Positions 19,387 through 29,574 of a DNA stretch of 64,000 bases are shown in pieces. Under the pieces are notes generated by a model, which ran no database searches, was not told the origin of the DNA, and saw nothing but the letters and a program-made list of their open reading frames with translations. The position numbers were made by a program, and so were the translations under genes. Positions within the stretch are counted from its first letter, which is position 1. Every line of letters starts with the position of its first letter. This DNA is from a bacterium (GTDB lineage Bacteria > UBA8248 > JACPRG01 > G963555815), in contig CBDHDG010000005.1 in NCBI GenBank assembly GCA_965261595.1, positions 416,001 to 480,000 of the forward strand, read 5' to 3'.

Positions 19387-21675
19387 TTACATCTTGTTCA
19401 AGGCCCGAAGCAGCTTGTCGGGGGTGATGGGCAGGTCCATGATCCGCGCGCCCACGGCATCGTAGACGGCGTTGGCGATGGCCGAAGCCGTTGGGGCCAG
19501 CACGGCCTCGCCGATGCCCTTCGCGCCGTAGGGCCCGGCCGGGTCCGGTTTTTCGATGAACCGGTGCTCGATGGTGGGGATGTCCAGGCTGTTGGGGATC
19601 AGGTAGTCCACGAGATCCGCGTTTTTGAGAACGCCCCCGTCGTACACCATCTCTTCGAGCAGGGCGTAGCCGATCCCCTGGGTCACTCCGCCATCGACCT
19701 GTCCTCCCAGGCCCCCGGGATGCATGATCTGTCCGATGTCGTGTGAGCAGATCATCCGGAGGATCTCGATCTCTCCGGTGTCTTCGTCCACCTCCACCTC
19801 GGCGATGTGGGTCACAAAGGCGTGTGTGGGGAAGCCGTGCAGCGCGGAGCCTTCGATGTTCTCCATCGCCGGGGGCGGGGGGTTGGGGGTGTAGGCGCCC
19901 TTGCCGATGATGGGGCCTTTCATGTGAATGTTGGCCGCTTTGGCCACATCGGCGTAGCTCAGTCCGCGATCCGGCGCCGAGGCGATGAATGCCCGCTCGT
20001 CGCCGGTGTTCAAGTCCTCCACGTTGGCCTCGAGCATCTCGGCCGCGCGCACAAGCAGCTCGTTGCGCGCGTCCTCCGAGGCCAGGCGCACGGCGTGGCC
20101 CACGTTGAACGTGATTCGGCTGGCCGCCGTGATGTTTTCATACGGCGTCCCGTCGGTGTCGGCGGTGACCATTCGGATTTTCTCGTACGGGACGCCGAGG
20201 GTCTCCGCGGCGACCTGGGCCGCGATGGTGTACTCGCCGGGGCCGATCTCGATCACCCCGCTCAGGACCTGGGCCGAGCCGTCGGGCATGATCTTCACAA
20301 TCGCCGAGGACCCCATGCCGCCCGATGGATGGGAGCCGCACGCGAGCCCGATTCCCCGCTTTTTCCCGTTGGACGGCTTGGCGGCCGCCTTTCCCCAATC
20401 GACGGCCTCGGCGGCGCTTTCCAGGGTTTCCCGGAGGTTGACTTCCGGGTACCCTTGGCCGTTGACCATGGGGTCGCCGTCGCCCATGCCGTTTTTGTAT
20501 CTCAGCTCGAGGGGGTCGATGCCCAAGGTCCGGGAAAGGATGTCCATCTGGGACTCGACGGCCCAGTTCGCCTGGGGGTTGCCATATCCGCGGAACGCCC
20601 CGCTGATCGTCTTGTTGGTGTAGACCAGGCGGCCCTCGATGTTGACGTGCGGCGTTTTGTAGGGCCCCCGGGAGTGGAAGCAGGACATCGCCAGGATGGA
20701 GGGCCCGTGGTCGGCGTAGGCCCCCGTGTCCATGATCATCCGGAAGTCCCAGGCCGTCAGGGTCCCGTCCTTCTTCACGCCGGATTTGATGTCGACGATG
20801 GAGGGATGACGCTGGAAGGTCGTCTCCATGTCCTCTTCCCGGCTGAGGGTGATGCGGACCGGCTTGCGCGCCTTGTACGCCATCGCGGCGGCGTAATGCT
20901 CGACCCTCGGCTTCTTTCCGCCGAAGCCGCCCCCGACCGTCGAGCCGATGACCCGGATCCGGCTCAGCGGCATGTCGAGCAGCTTTCCGATGACCTCCTG
21001 GACCTTGAAGACAGACTGGGTGGTCAGCCAGACGGACATGCTTCCCGAGGCGTCGTATTCCGCCAGGGCCGAGTGGGTTTCGAGGTAGGCCGGGTGATGC
21101 GGGTGCGTCGTGAAGTGGTTTTCGATGATTTCATCCGCTTCTTTGAATCCAACGTCCAGGTCCCCGTGGTGGAACCGCGTTTTGCAGGCCTGGTTGCCCT
21201 GCCGATGCCTGACGTCGAAAATCGCCTTGGTCGAGCCGAAATCCTCGTGGATGATCGGCGCGTCCGGGCGAAGGGCTTCTTCGGGATCGAAGACGGCCGG
21301 CAGCTCTTCGTATTCCACCCGGATCAATTCCAGGGCCTCTTGGGCGACATCGTTGTCGATGGCCGCCACGGCGGCCACCTCGTCGCCGGTGTACCGGACT
21401 TTGTCCCGGACGAAGAGGGTCTCATCGAAGATCCACTGGCCGAAATGGATGTTGGGAAAGTCTTTCCCCGTCACGACCAGCTTCACCCCTTTGACCTTCT
21501 CGGCCTGGGAGGTGTCGATATTCAGGATTCGCGCGTGGGCGTGGGGACTTCTGAGAATCCGGCCTGTGAGGCAGCCGGGAACGGCCCGGTCGTCGGCGTA
21601 CTTGGAATCGCCGGTGACCTTCGGCTTGCTGTCGATTCGAGGCACGTTTTTGCCCAATACCGCGTATTCACTCAT
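19387..21675 (-). CDS. xanthine dehydrogenase family molybdopterin-binding subunit
   Basis: RSPHAHARI, GGGFGGK, AFRGYGNPQ, GQVDGG, GAKGIGE. Confidence 0.93.
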   Translation of the reverse strand: MSEYAVLGKNVPRIDSKPKVTGDSKYADDRAVPGCLTGRILRSPHAHARILNIDTSQAEKVKGVKLVVTGKDFPNIHFGQWIFDETLFVRDKVRYTGDEVAAVAAIDNDVAQEALELIRVEYEELPAVFDPEEALRPDAPIIHEDFGSTKAIFDVRHRQGNQACKTRFHHGDLDVGFKEADEIIENHFTTHPHHPAYLETHSALAEYDASGSMSVWLTTQSVFKVQEVIGKLLDMPLSRIRVIGSTVGGGFGGKKPRVEHYAAAMAYKARKPVRITLSREEDMETTFQRHPSIVDIKSGVKKDGTLTAWDFRMIMDTGAYADHGPSILAMSCFHSRGPYKTPHVNIEGRLVYTNKTISGAFRGYGNPQANWAVESQMDILSRTLGIDPLELRYKNGMGDGDPMVNGQGYPEVNLRETLESAAEAVDWGKAAAKPSNGKKRGIGLACGSHPSGGMGSSAIVKIMPDGSAQVLSGVIEIGPGEYTIAAQVAAETLGVPYEKIRMVTADTDGTPYENITAASRITFNVGHAVRLASEDARNELLVRAAEMLEANVEDLNTGDERAFIASAPDRGLSYADVAKAANIHMKGPIIGKGAYTPNPPPPAMENIEGSALHGFPTHAFVTHIAEVEVDEDTGEIEILRMICSHDIGQIMHPGGLGGQVDGGVTQGIGYALLEEMVYDGGVLKNADLVDYLIPNSLDIPTIEHRFIEKPDPAGPYGAKGIGEAVLAPTASAIANAVYDAVGARIMDLPITPDKLLRALNKM

Positions 21676-21939
21676 TTTGTTTGCTCCAAAGGAATATGGG
21701 AAAACATAATCTGTATTATAGCCGCCAATGGGGCGGAGGGCCACCTCCGGATTATCCCCGTTCGGGGGGAGGAGGTCCGGCGGGACGATGGATGCGGCTT
21801 TCTGCTAAAATATCATGCGACGTTCGACGAAATCCCGGCCCGGGGCCGGACCCCGCGTCGGGTTCTCCGGGTCTCGGAATCTCTCCCCGGTAGAAGCAGG
21901 ATGGAGGCGCCCGTGAATACCGGGGAAGAAAAGCGCGCG

Positions 21940-22937
21940 ATGAAAACAGCCTTGAAGATCGTCGTCGGGACCGTTGTCCTGGCCGTCGCCATGTCACTGC
22001 TCCCGGGCCTTGGGGACGCGCGAAAATTGAAAAAGGTCGGTCTGATCGTTCCGGGGCCGATCGGCAACAATGGTTGGAGCGCGGCCGGGTACCGGGCGCT
22101 CCGGAAAGCGGCCAAGAAATATGGATTTCAGGCCAGCCATCAGGAGAATGTGAATCCGCCCAAAGCCGAAGGGGCCCTGCGAAAATTCGCCGAGGCCGGG
22201 TATGACCTGGTCTACGCCCATATGTTCGTATACTCGGAGGCCGCGGCCCGGGTGGCGAAGGCCTTTCCCAAGACAAAATTCGTGGTCATCCATGGGACCG
22301 TCCGGAACAAGACCAATCTCGTCTCCTATCAAACAATGACCCAGGGCGGCGGATTCATGGCCGGCGCGCTGGCGGCGCTGGTTTCCAAGACCGGCAAGAT
22401 CGGCGCCCTCGGGGGACGGCCGATCCCGCCCATCGCGGACGCCATCGCCGGGTACGTGGCCGGGGCCAAGCATGTGCGGCCCGGCGTCAAGCTCGTGGTC
22501 GAATACACCGGCGATTTCCATGACAAGTCCCTCGCCCGCAAGAAGGCCCTGGCGATGATCCGGGGGGGGTGGACGTGCTTGTTCAGGAAGTCCCGCCCGC
22601 GGGCGTGGCCGCCCTCAAGGCCGCCCAGGAGAAAGGGGTGCTCGCCATCGGCTTCATTCGGGACCAGCACGCCATCGCCCCCAAGGCGGTCCTTTCGAGC
22701 GTCCAGATCGACTTCAACCAGGTCTACGACAGGATCGCGGCCATGGCGAACGGTGGAAAGTGGAAAGGCGGTTTTCTCCGGATGGATCTCTCCCAAAGCG
22801 CCGTCGGACTGGCGCCTTATCACGGCCTGGCCGATCGGGTGACGCCGAAGATGCAGGCCAGACTGGATCAGATCCGGGCCGACCTGATCTCCGGCAAGAT
22901 CAAGGCCCCCGTCGCCAAGCTGCGGAAAAAAAAGTAG
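21940..22937 (+). CDS. BMP family ABC substrate-binding protein; frameshift at the G8 tract 22562-22569
   Basis: KVGLIVPGPI.N.GWS, AGYDLVYAH, SKTGKIG. The C-terminus (GVDV...AAQEKGVLAIG...DQ) is in another frame; one extra G restores the ORF. Confidence 0.8.
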
Positions 22938-22977
22938 GTTTTCCTCTCCGCCGCGAAACCATTCCGGGAAACGCGGT

Positions 22978-23496
22978 CTAATCCCCCAATTCCACCCCGA
23001 CATCCTCCCCGTTCACCTTGTATGTGCTCTTCACCGGGACGGCCGTCTGGACCATGTTTTCGGCGAAGCAGCCCCGTTTCGCGTTCCGGATGAGCTTGAG
23101 CAGACTCTCCCGCGCTTCGTCCGACTCCAGCTCGAAGTGCGTGCGCACCTCGCTGAATCCGCTATAAACCGTCCCCTTGAGGACGGAGCCTCCCAGGAAG
23201 ATGTCCGACTCGACGCGCACCTTCACCGACCTGACTTCGAGCTTCATCATAGAAGCGTACCGCTTCACCTGGGTGAGCAGTCACTGGCCGATTCCGGCGG
23301 TGAGGTAGGTCAGGGGCTGGGGATGGTTGTTGTCCCCGCCCAGGCGGGGCGGCTCGTCGGAGTGCCAGGTGAAATTGTCCCGGGTGGCCCGGTGGAGTTG
23401 CTTGCTCTCGTTCTCGCACTCGACGACAATCGTGCTTCGCATGGCCTCTTTCGGCAGCTCCTCGCCGAAGGTGCTTTGTGGGATGTCCGGTGGCAT
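22978..23496 (-). CDS. OsmC-like selenoprotein (172 aa; in-frame TGA 23283-23281 read as Sec)
   Basis: ORFs 23281..23496 and 22978..23268 share one frame: SDEPPRLGG...PQPLTYLTAGIGQ-U-LLTQ ... RGCFAE. The TGA is at the first OsmC Cys and is followed by a hairpin. Confidence 0.85.
23252..23266 (-). promoter_or_regulatory. putative bacterial SECIS hairpin
   Basis: GAAGC-GGUAC-GCUUC with GGU at +20..+22 after the UGA. Confidence 0.7.
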
Positions 23497-23756
23497 GGCG
23501 GATTTTCCTCTCTGAAAGAATGATGGGTATTGACCGGCGTCACCCGGTGGATGGCGTGTTCCGCTTAGGATTGCATTTTCCCTCTTTCATGCGCAACGCT
23601 TTTGGGCGGCGATTCTCCCGCGGGCCGCGCGGTCCGGCGTAATTGACAGCCCGCCGATCACTGGATACCATCCCTCCGGTGGCGTTGCCTCGGGCCTCGG
23701 CGGCCGATGGGGCGGGAGCGCGGGCTTCAGTCGAGCCGAAACGTGGAGGTGGAACG

Positions 23757-24446
23757 ATGAGCGAGTGGGTGGATCTTTCGTTGACGCTGGGCGGACCGCG
23801 GATGTCCGTTGTTCCCGGCCATCCCGAGGTGACGTTCGAGCCCATCAACACCCACAAAGAGCACTTCCGCTCGAATACGTACATGAAGATGAGCATCCAC
23901 TGCGGCACCCACGTGGATTGCCCCCGGCACTTCGTGGACGGGGGGACGACCATCGATGAGATGCCGATCGAGCGCTACATGGGCCCGGGCGTCCTGGCGG
24001 ATTTGCGGGGCAAGGTGGGCGAGAATGAGCCCGTGACGCTGGAGATCCTGAAACCCTTCCATTGGACGCCGGAGCGCATCCGGGACAAGATCGTCGTCCT
24101 CTACTCCGGCTGGGTGGAGCAGGAGTTCGGGACGGAGCGGTCTTACGTGGACAACCCCTACATGTCGGTCGAGGTGGCCGAATACCTCGTGGGGGCCGAG
24201 GTCCGGGCCATCGCTGTGGACTTCACCGTCGACAAGCTCCCCCCGGGCCAGCCGCCCCGGGACGGTGACTGCCCCATCCACCGCATCGTCCTCCCGAAGA
24301 TGATCCCCCTCATCGAGAACCTCATCAATCTGGACAAGCTGGTCGGGAAGGAATTCGAGCTCTACGCCCTGCCGCTCAAGATCCACCAGGGAGACGGCGC
24401 CGCCACGCGCGCGGTCGCCAGGATCCTGGGAGACGCGAAAGCGTAA
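23757..24446 (+). CDS. cyclase family (kynurenine formamidase-like) metallohydrolase
   Basis: HCGTHVDCPRHF, H..L....IPLIENL, ALPLKI..GDG. Confidence 0.9.
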   Translation: MSEWVDLSLTLGGPRMSVVPGHPEVTFEPINTHKEHFRSNTYMKMSIHCGTHVDCPRHFVDGGTTIDEMPIERYMGPGVLADLRGKVGENEPVTLEILKPFHWTPERIRDKIVVLYSGWVEQEFGTERSYVDNPYMSVEVAEYLVGAEVRAIAVDFTVDKLPPGQPPRDGDCPIHRIVLPKMIPLIENLINLDKLVGKEFELYALPLKIHQGDGAATRAVARILGDAKA

Positions 24447-24557
24447 CGGGCGATTCGGACCCCCGCGTCCCACCGCTTGGGTCCCCCCCCCGGGCGCCTG
24501 ACGGTCGGAGCGCTCCGAGGGCGCAGGCTCGCGCACCCGCACGCCGCGTCCGCGCGC

Positions 24558-25757
24558 TCAGTGCAGCCGCCCCGTGAACCGATGCCAGGCGTGGAGAAGG
24601 AGGTCCCGGTTGTTTTTTCTCCAGCACCGCAGGGTGTGAAAGCCTTCGTGCTGAATGCAGATGTTGCACGACGTGCACGCCACCGCACCCCTCCTTCCCT
24701 GCTGGATCTGCCGGACGAGGTCGGGCTCCCGGATGAGCGGCCGGGCGAGGGAGATGAAGTCCGCGACGCCTTCGGCGACGATGGACTCCATCCTCTCCAC
24801 CGTTCGCAGCCCCCCCACGAGGATGATCGGGCAATGGACGGCCTCCCGGAGGCGGCGGGCCTCTTCCAGGAAAAGGACCTCCGGCTTCGGGGCCGCGAAG
24901 AGGCGGTGGAGCAGCTTGTCTTCCAGGGCGCGCCTTCGGCTGAGGCCCACGTATTGGGTGGCGCTCTCCATCCTGCGGGAAGTCAGGCCCGCCGTGACCT
25001 CGATGGCGTCCACGCCCAGCGCTTCGAGCCGGACGGCGGTTTCCAGGCCCTCTTCCAGCGTCAGGCCCCCGGGAACGAAGTCCCGCATCCCCAGTTTCAC
25101 CGTCAAAGGGAAGTCCTCGCCCACGGCCTTGCGCATCGCCCGGACCACCTCCAGCAAGAGCCGCCGGCGGTTTTCGGGCGAGCCGCCCCATCTGTCTTCT
25201 CTGCGGTTGGAGTAGGGGGACGAAAACTGGGTGAGCATGTACCCGTGACCGGCGTGAAGGTGGACGCCGTCGAAGCCCGCCGCCCGGACCCGCCCGGCCG
25301 CTTGGCCGAAGGCGTCGATGATCTCCGCGATTTCCTCTTCGGCCGCTTCCTTGGGGGTCCGTCCATGCTGCGCGTTGGGAACGATGGAAGGTGCGATCGG
25401 GTCGACCGCGGGGTCCCGGCTCTGGCTCCCCGCGTGGTTCAATTGGGCGAAGAACCGGGAGCCCTCGGCTTGGACCTCCGCCGTGAGGGATTTGAACGGC
25501 TCGATGTGCTCGTCCCTGGAAAGGCCGGTCATGTCCGGTGTGTAGCGGCCCCGCGGGTGAACATAGATGTGACCCGTGAATTGCAGACCCACCCCGGCCC
25601 GGGCCAATGTGAGATGAAGGTCCCGGTAGGCCGGCGTGATGAAGCCGTCGGTGTCGGCCATGCACTCGGAGGTGGCGGAGCGGATGAAGCGGTTGCGGGT
25701 CTCTACGCGGGCGATGCTGCCCTGCCGGAACAGGGCCGGTTGATGGGCGTCGGCCAT
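24558..25757 (-). CDS. NADH:flavin oxidoreductase (OYE family)
   Basis: NRFIRSAT, QLNHAG, AGFDGVHLHAGHGY, NRREDRWGGS, ARPLIREP, CTSCNIC. Confidence 0.92.
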   Translation of the reverse strand: MADAHQPALFRQGSIARVETRNRFIRSATSECMADTDGFITPAYRDLHLTLARAGVGLQFTGHIYVHPRGRYTPDMTGLSRDEHIEPFKSLTAEVQAEGSRFFAQLNHAGSQSRDPAVDPIAPSIVPNAQHGRTPKEAAEEEIAEIIDAFGQAAGRVRAAGFDGVHLHAGHGYMLTQFSSPYSNRREDRWGGSPENRRRLLLEVVRAMRKAVGEDFPLTVKLGMRDFVPGGLTLEEGLETAVRLEALGVDAIEVTAGLTSRRMESATQYVGLSRRRALEDKLLHRLFAAPKPEVLFLEEARRLREAVHCPIILVGGLRTVERMESIVAEGVADFISLARPLIREPDLVRQIQQGRRGAVACTSCNICIQHEGFHTLRCWRKNNRDLLLHAWHRFTGRLH

Positions 25758-26075
25758 GGCGGGGGTTTCCTTTTCCCAGGGTTTCCCGCTTGTAGGCATT
25801 GATTCGCCTCGGCGGTCGGAAAGGAGGGTACCCGCTGGATGAAATCAAGTCAACCGTCGGCGTCCCGGCCGGGCCTGGTTCTCTTGTGGTTCTCTTGACA
25901 CCCCATCGGGTTTCACGTTTAATGGACTCAGTTTCCAGACGGATTCCTTGTCGAATGAATGGGTGTTGGCCGCCTGGCTGAAGAAAACCGCTCATCGAGA
26001 ACCGCTCGCCGATGAAGTGTAGAGGCGGACTGGGGGGGGTCCGGATCACCACGTTTTCAGGAATGGAGGGCAGAG

Positions 26076-27095
26076 ATGAAGTTCGTCAAGTTTTTGTGGA
26101 TCGGGTTGCTCGCACTCTCCTTCGCCGTTGGCCTGCCGGTTTCGGCGAACGCCCAGATGAAAGACGTCGTTTTCTGCTTGGGCTGGGTTCCCTATGGCAA
26201 GCACGTCGGATTCTACGCGGCGGTGGGGAAGGGGTTCTATAAGAAGGAAGGCCTCAACGTCAAAATCATCCGCGGCGTGAGCGGCATGGACAACGCCAAG
26301 CGGGTCTCGACGGGGAGCTGCATGGTGGCGTCGGGCGGGCTGGATACGCTCGTCATCGCCCGCTCCGAGGGCTTCAAAGTGCGCGCCATCGGCGTCTGGC
26401 ACACCAAGAGCATGCACGTCATCTACGCCCGCAAGGACCGGGGGATCAATTCCGTCAAGGACCTGGAGGGCAAGAGCATCGCCACCGTCGCCAAGGAAGA
26501 CGGCCAGGTCCTCTTTCCGGCCTTCGCGAAGGCGGCCGGGGTGGACGCCTCCAAGGTGAAATTCGTGGCGATGGATTGGGCCTCGAAGATCCCGAGCGTC
26601 ATATCGGGGAGCGTCGACGCCCTGCTCACGTTCGTCACGGTCCGGCCCAATGTCCTCAAGGTCGCCAAGAAGAACAACGTGGGGATCACCGAGATCATCT
26701 ATGCCGAGCACGGCCTGGATCTGTATTCCAACGGATTCCTCGCGACTGAAAAGAGGATCAACACCGAGGGAGGATTCCTCCGGCGGTTCATGCGCGCTTC
26801 GCTGAAGGGACTGGCCTACGGGGTGGAGAACCCCAAGGAGAGCACGGCCATTTTCAGCAAGCTCAAGCCCGAGATCAACCCGGCGCTGGCCAAGGAGCAC
26901 TGGCGGATCGCGGTGAATCACATGATCACGCCGGACACCGAGATGAACGGCCTGGGCCACATCGCGTACGGGAAAATGAAGTTCACCCGGGACGTCGTCG
27001 CGGAGGCCCGGAACATCAAGAACATCGAACCGGTCCGGAGCTACTACACCAACGAGTTCCTGACGCCCATCTTCCCGAAACGGCCGGGGATGTAA
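26076..27095 (+). CDS. ABC transporter substrate-binding protein, NMT1/THI5-like
   Basis: Signal peptide; LGW...GKH.GFY.A..KGFYKKEGLNV; DLEGKSI; DLYSNG. Confidence 0.85.
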   Translation: MKFVKFLWIGLLALSFAVGLPVSANAQMKDVVFCLGWVPYGKHVGFYAAVGKGFYKKEGLNVKIIRGVSGMDNAKRVSTGSCMVASGGLDTLVIARSEGFKVRAIGVWHTKSMHVIYARKDRGINSVKDLEGKSIATVAKEDGQVLFPAFAKAAGVDASKVKFVAMDWASKIPSVISGSVDALLTFVTVRPNVLKVAKKNNVGITEIIYAEHGLDLYSNGFLATEKRINTEGGFLRRFMRASLKGLAYGVENPKESTAIFSKLKPEINPALAKEHWRIAVNHMITPDTEMNGLGHIAYGKMKFTRDVVAEARNIKNIEPVRSYYTNEFLTPIFPKRPGM

Positions 27096-27096
27096 G

Positions 27097-27250
27097 GCCC
27101 GGACTCACCTGGAAGATACGGATTCCCGCGAAGAGACGCGCGCCGCAAGCGCGCGTGAATACTGGAAGGGAGAGGGTCCCGCGAGGCCCCGGAAACGGGG
27201 GCCCGTGAGACTCCTCTCCCTTTCAGGCGTTCACCGATAGGGGAAAGGTT
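27097..27250 (+). ncRNA. structured leader; candidate Moco-type RNA motif
   Basis: In order: CACCUGG..GAUACGG, a GCAA-capped stem, a long GAAA-capped stem, CCUCUCCC, then GGAAAGG just before a Mo-enzyme ATG. Confidence 0.4.
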
Positions 27251-27252
27251 CA

Positions 27253-29574
27253 ATGGCAGACGCTTCAAGGGAGGAGGACCTCTCGATCGTCGGGCATAGC
27301 CCGCCCAAAGTGGACGGGAAAATTCTCCTCACCGGAGAGGCCCGGTATTCTTTCGACGTCCAGCTTCCCCGGATGCTTCACGGGAAGGTTCTGAGAAGTC
27401 CCCATCCCCACGCCCGCATCCTGAAGATCGACACCTCGAAGGCCGAGCGGCTGCCAGGGGTCAAGGCCGTGATCACGGCCGAGGACACCCCGAAAATCCC
27501 TTATCACTTCCTGGGCCCCCCTCACGAAGATAAATATCCCCTCGTCATCGACAGGGTCCGCTTTGTCGGGGACGAGGTGGCCGCGGTCGCGGCGGTGGAT
27601 GAAGACACGGCGGAAGAGGCGCTCTCCCTCATCGAGGTCGAGTATGAGCCTTTGCCCGCCGTCTTCGACCCCGCGGAGGCCGTCCAGCCGGGCGCCCCGC
27701 TGATTCACGCCGGGAAAGAAAAGAACATCGCCGCCCACGTTGTCCGGGAATCCGGCGACTGGGAGGAGGCGCTGCGGACGGCGCCCGTCGTCGTGGAGGG
27801 CCGGTTCACCACCCAGCCGGTGGCCCAGACCCCTCTGGAGACGCACGGGTGCGTGGCCCAGTATGACGCCTCGGGCCGCTATACGTTCTGGGCCTCTACG
27901 CAGGCCAGCGACCTCCTGCGGCGTGAGCTGGCGCACGCCCTCGGCGTCCCGCTCGGCCGGGTCCGGGTTGTCGAGGTCTTCATCGGCGGCGGATTCGGCG
28001 GCAAGTCGAAAGTGGGCGCCAGCGAGGCCCTGGCGGGCTTGCTCGCCAAGAAGAGCGGCCGGCCGGTTCGGCTCTTCCTCACCCGGCAGGAGGAGTTCAC
28101 GACCTCCGGCCACCGGAGCGCGCTGAGCATCCACATGTGGACCGCGGCGAAAAAGGACGGGACCCTTCTGGCGCGCCGGGCGGAGTCCTACGTCGACAAC
28201 GGGGCCTATAACAATGTGACCCCCGCCACAACGGGCGTCGGGGGAAGCATCTGCGTCTCTCTCTACCGGGTCCCGGCCGTCCGGTACGACGGCTATGTCG
28301 TCTACACGAACAAAAGCTGGGCAAATGCCTTCCGGGGGTTCGGCGGGCCCCAGCTTGTCTTCGCCGTCGAGTCCCAGATGGACCAGCTCGCCGAGGAGCT
28401 CGGGATGGACCCCCTCGCCCTTCGCGTGAAGAACTCCAACCAGCCGGGCGATGTGACGCCGGTCGGTTGGAAGATCGGCACGTGCGGGTTGCAGGAGTGC
28501 ATCGAGAAGGCGGCGGCCGAGATCGATCTGGGATGGAAGAAAACGAAGCGCCCCGAGACCGGCGCCGTCAAGCGCGGGAGGGGCCTGGCGGCGATGATCT
28601 ATACGGTGGGGGCCCGCGCCTATTGGGACGCCGACTGCGCCGGGGCATTTCTGAAGATTCACGACGACGGCTCCGCGAGCGTCATCACCGGAACGGTGGA
28701 TTGCGGCCAAGGGGCGAGGACCGTTCTGACGCAGATCGCGGCCGAGACCCTCGGGATGAAACTCGACGACGTTCGGATCTACACCATGGACACCGAGGGC
28801 GCCCCCATGGACAGCCGCGGGGCCAGCGCGTCGAGCGTGACGTTCATCTCGGGCAACGCCGTCTACTACGCCGCCCGCCAGGCTCGGGAGAGGCTCCTCA
28901 AAGTCGCGGCGGAGAAGCTCGAGGCTGACCCGGAAGACCTGGATACCCGGGAAAGCCGGGTCTTCGTGCGTTCGACACCCGAGCGGTCCATGACGCTGGG
29001 GGAGGTCGCGGAGATGTCCACGTACCGGCAGGGCGGCGAGGCCATCCTGGAGTCGGCCCACTATGACACGCCCACCGAGTTCATCGATCACATGACGGGC
29101 ACCGGAAACATCTCGCCCTGCTACTCGTTCGCGGCGCACGCCGCCGAGGTGGAGGTGGATACGGAAACCGGCCGAGTGAGGGTCGTGCGCGTCGCGGCCG
29201 CCCACGACGTGGGCCGGGCCATCAACCCCATGCTTCTGGAGGCCCAGATTCACGGCGGTCTCTCCCAGGGCCTCGGTTACGCCATCGCCGAGAACCTGTC
29301 GATTGAAGACGGACAGTTCGTGAACGGCAACCTGGCGGATTACAAGATTCTCACCTCCAAGGACATGCCGGAGATCATCCCCATCATCGTAGAGACGAGC
29401 GAGCCGGAGGGTCCCTACAACGCGAAGGGAATCGGGGAGCCCGTCCTCGTCCCGACCGCGCCGGCCGTCGCCAATGCGGTCTACGATGCCGTCGGGGTGC
29501 GGATCCACGACCTGCCGATCACCCCCGCCCGGGTCTTCGAAGCCCTCAAGCGGGCGAAAGAGAACACGTCATGA
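27253..29574 (+). CDS. xanthine dehydrogenase family Mo-binding subunit (CoxL/HcrA-like)
   Basis: RSPHPHARI, GGGFGGK, AFRGFGGPQ, AQIHGG, AKGIGEP. Confidence 0.93.
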   Translation: MADASREEDLSIVGHSPPKVDGKILLTGEARYSFDVQLPRMLHGKVLRSPHPHARILKIDTSKAERLPGVKAVITAEDTPKIPYHFLGPPHEDKYPLVIDRVRFVGDEVAAVAAVDEDTAEEALSLIEVEYEPLPAVFDPAEAVQPGAPLIHAGKEKNIAAHVVRESGDWEEALRTAPVVVEGRFTTQPVAQTPLETHGCVAQYDASGRYTFWASTQASDLLRRELAHALGVPLGRVRVVEVFIGGGFGGKSKVGASEALAGLLAKKSGRPVRLFLTRQEEFTTSGHRSALSIHMWTAAKKDGTLLARRAESYVDNGAYNNVTPATTGVGGSICVSLYRVPAVRYDGYVVYTNKSWANAFRGFGGPQLVFAVESQMDQLAEELGMDPLALRVKNSNQPGDVTPVGWKIGTCGLQECIEKAAAEIDLGWKKTKRPETGAVKRGRGLAAMIYTVGARAYWDADCAGAFLKIHDDGSASVITGTVDCGQGARTVLTQIAAETLGMKLDDVRIYTMDTEGAPMDSRGASASSVTFISGNAVYYAARQARERLLKVAAEKLEADPEDLDTRESRVFVRSTPERSMTLGEVAEMSTYRQGGEAILESAHYDTPTEFIDHMTGTGNISPCYSFAAHAAEVEVDTETGRVRVVRVAAAHDVGRAINPMLLEAQIHGGLSQGLGYAIAENLSIEDGQFVNGNLADYKILTSKDMPEIIPIIVETSEPEGPYNAKGIGEPVLVPTAPAVANAVYDAVGVRIHDLPITPARVFEALKRAKENTS

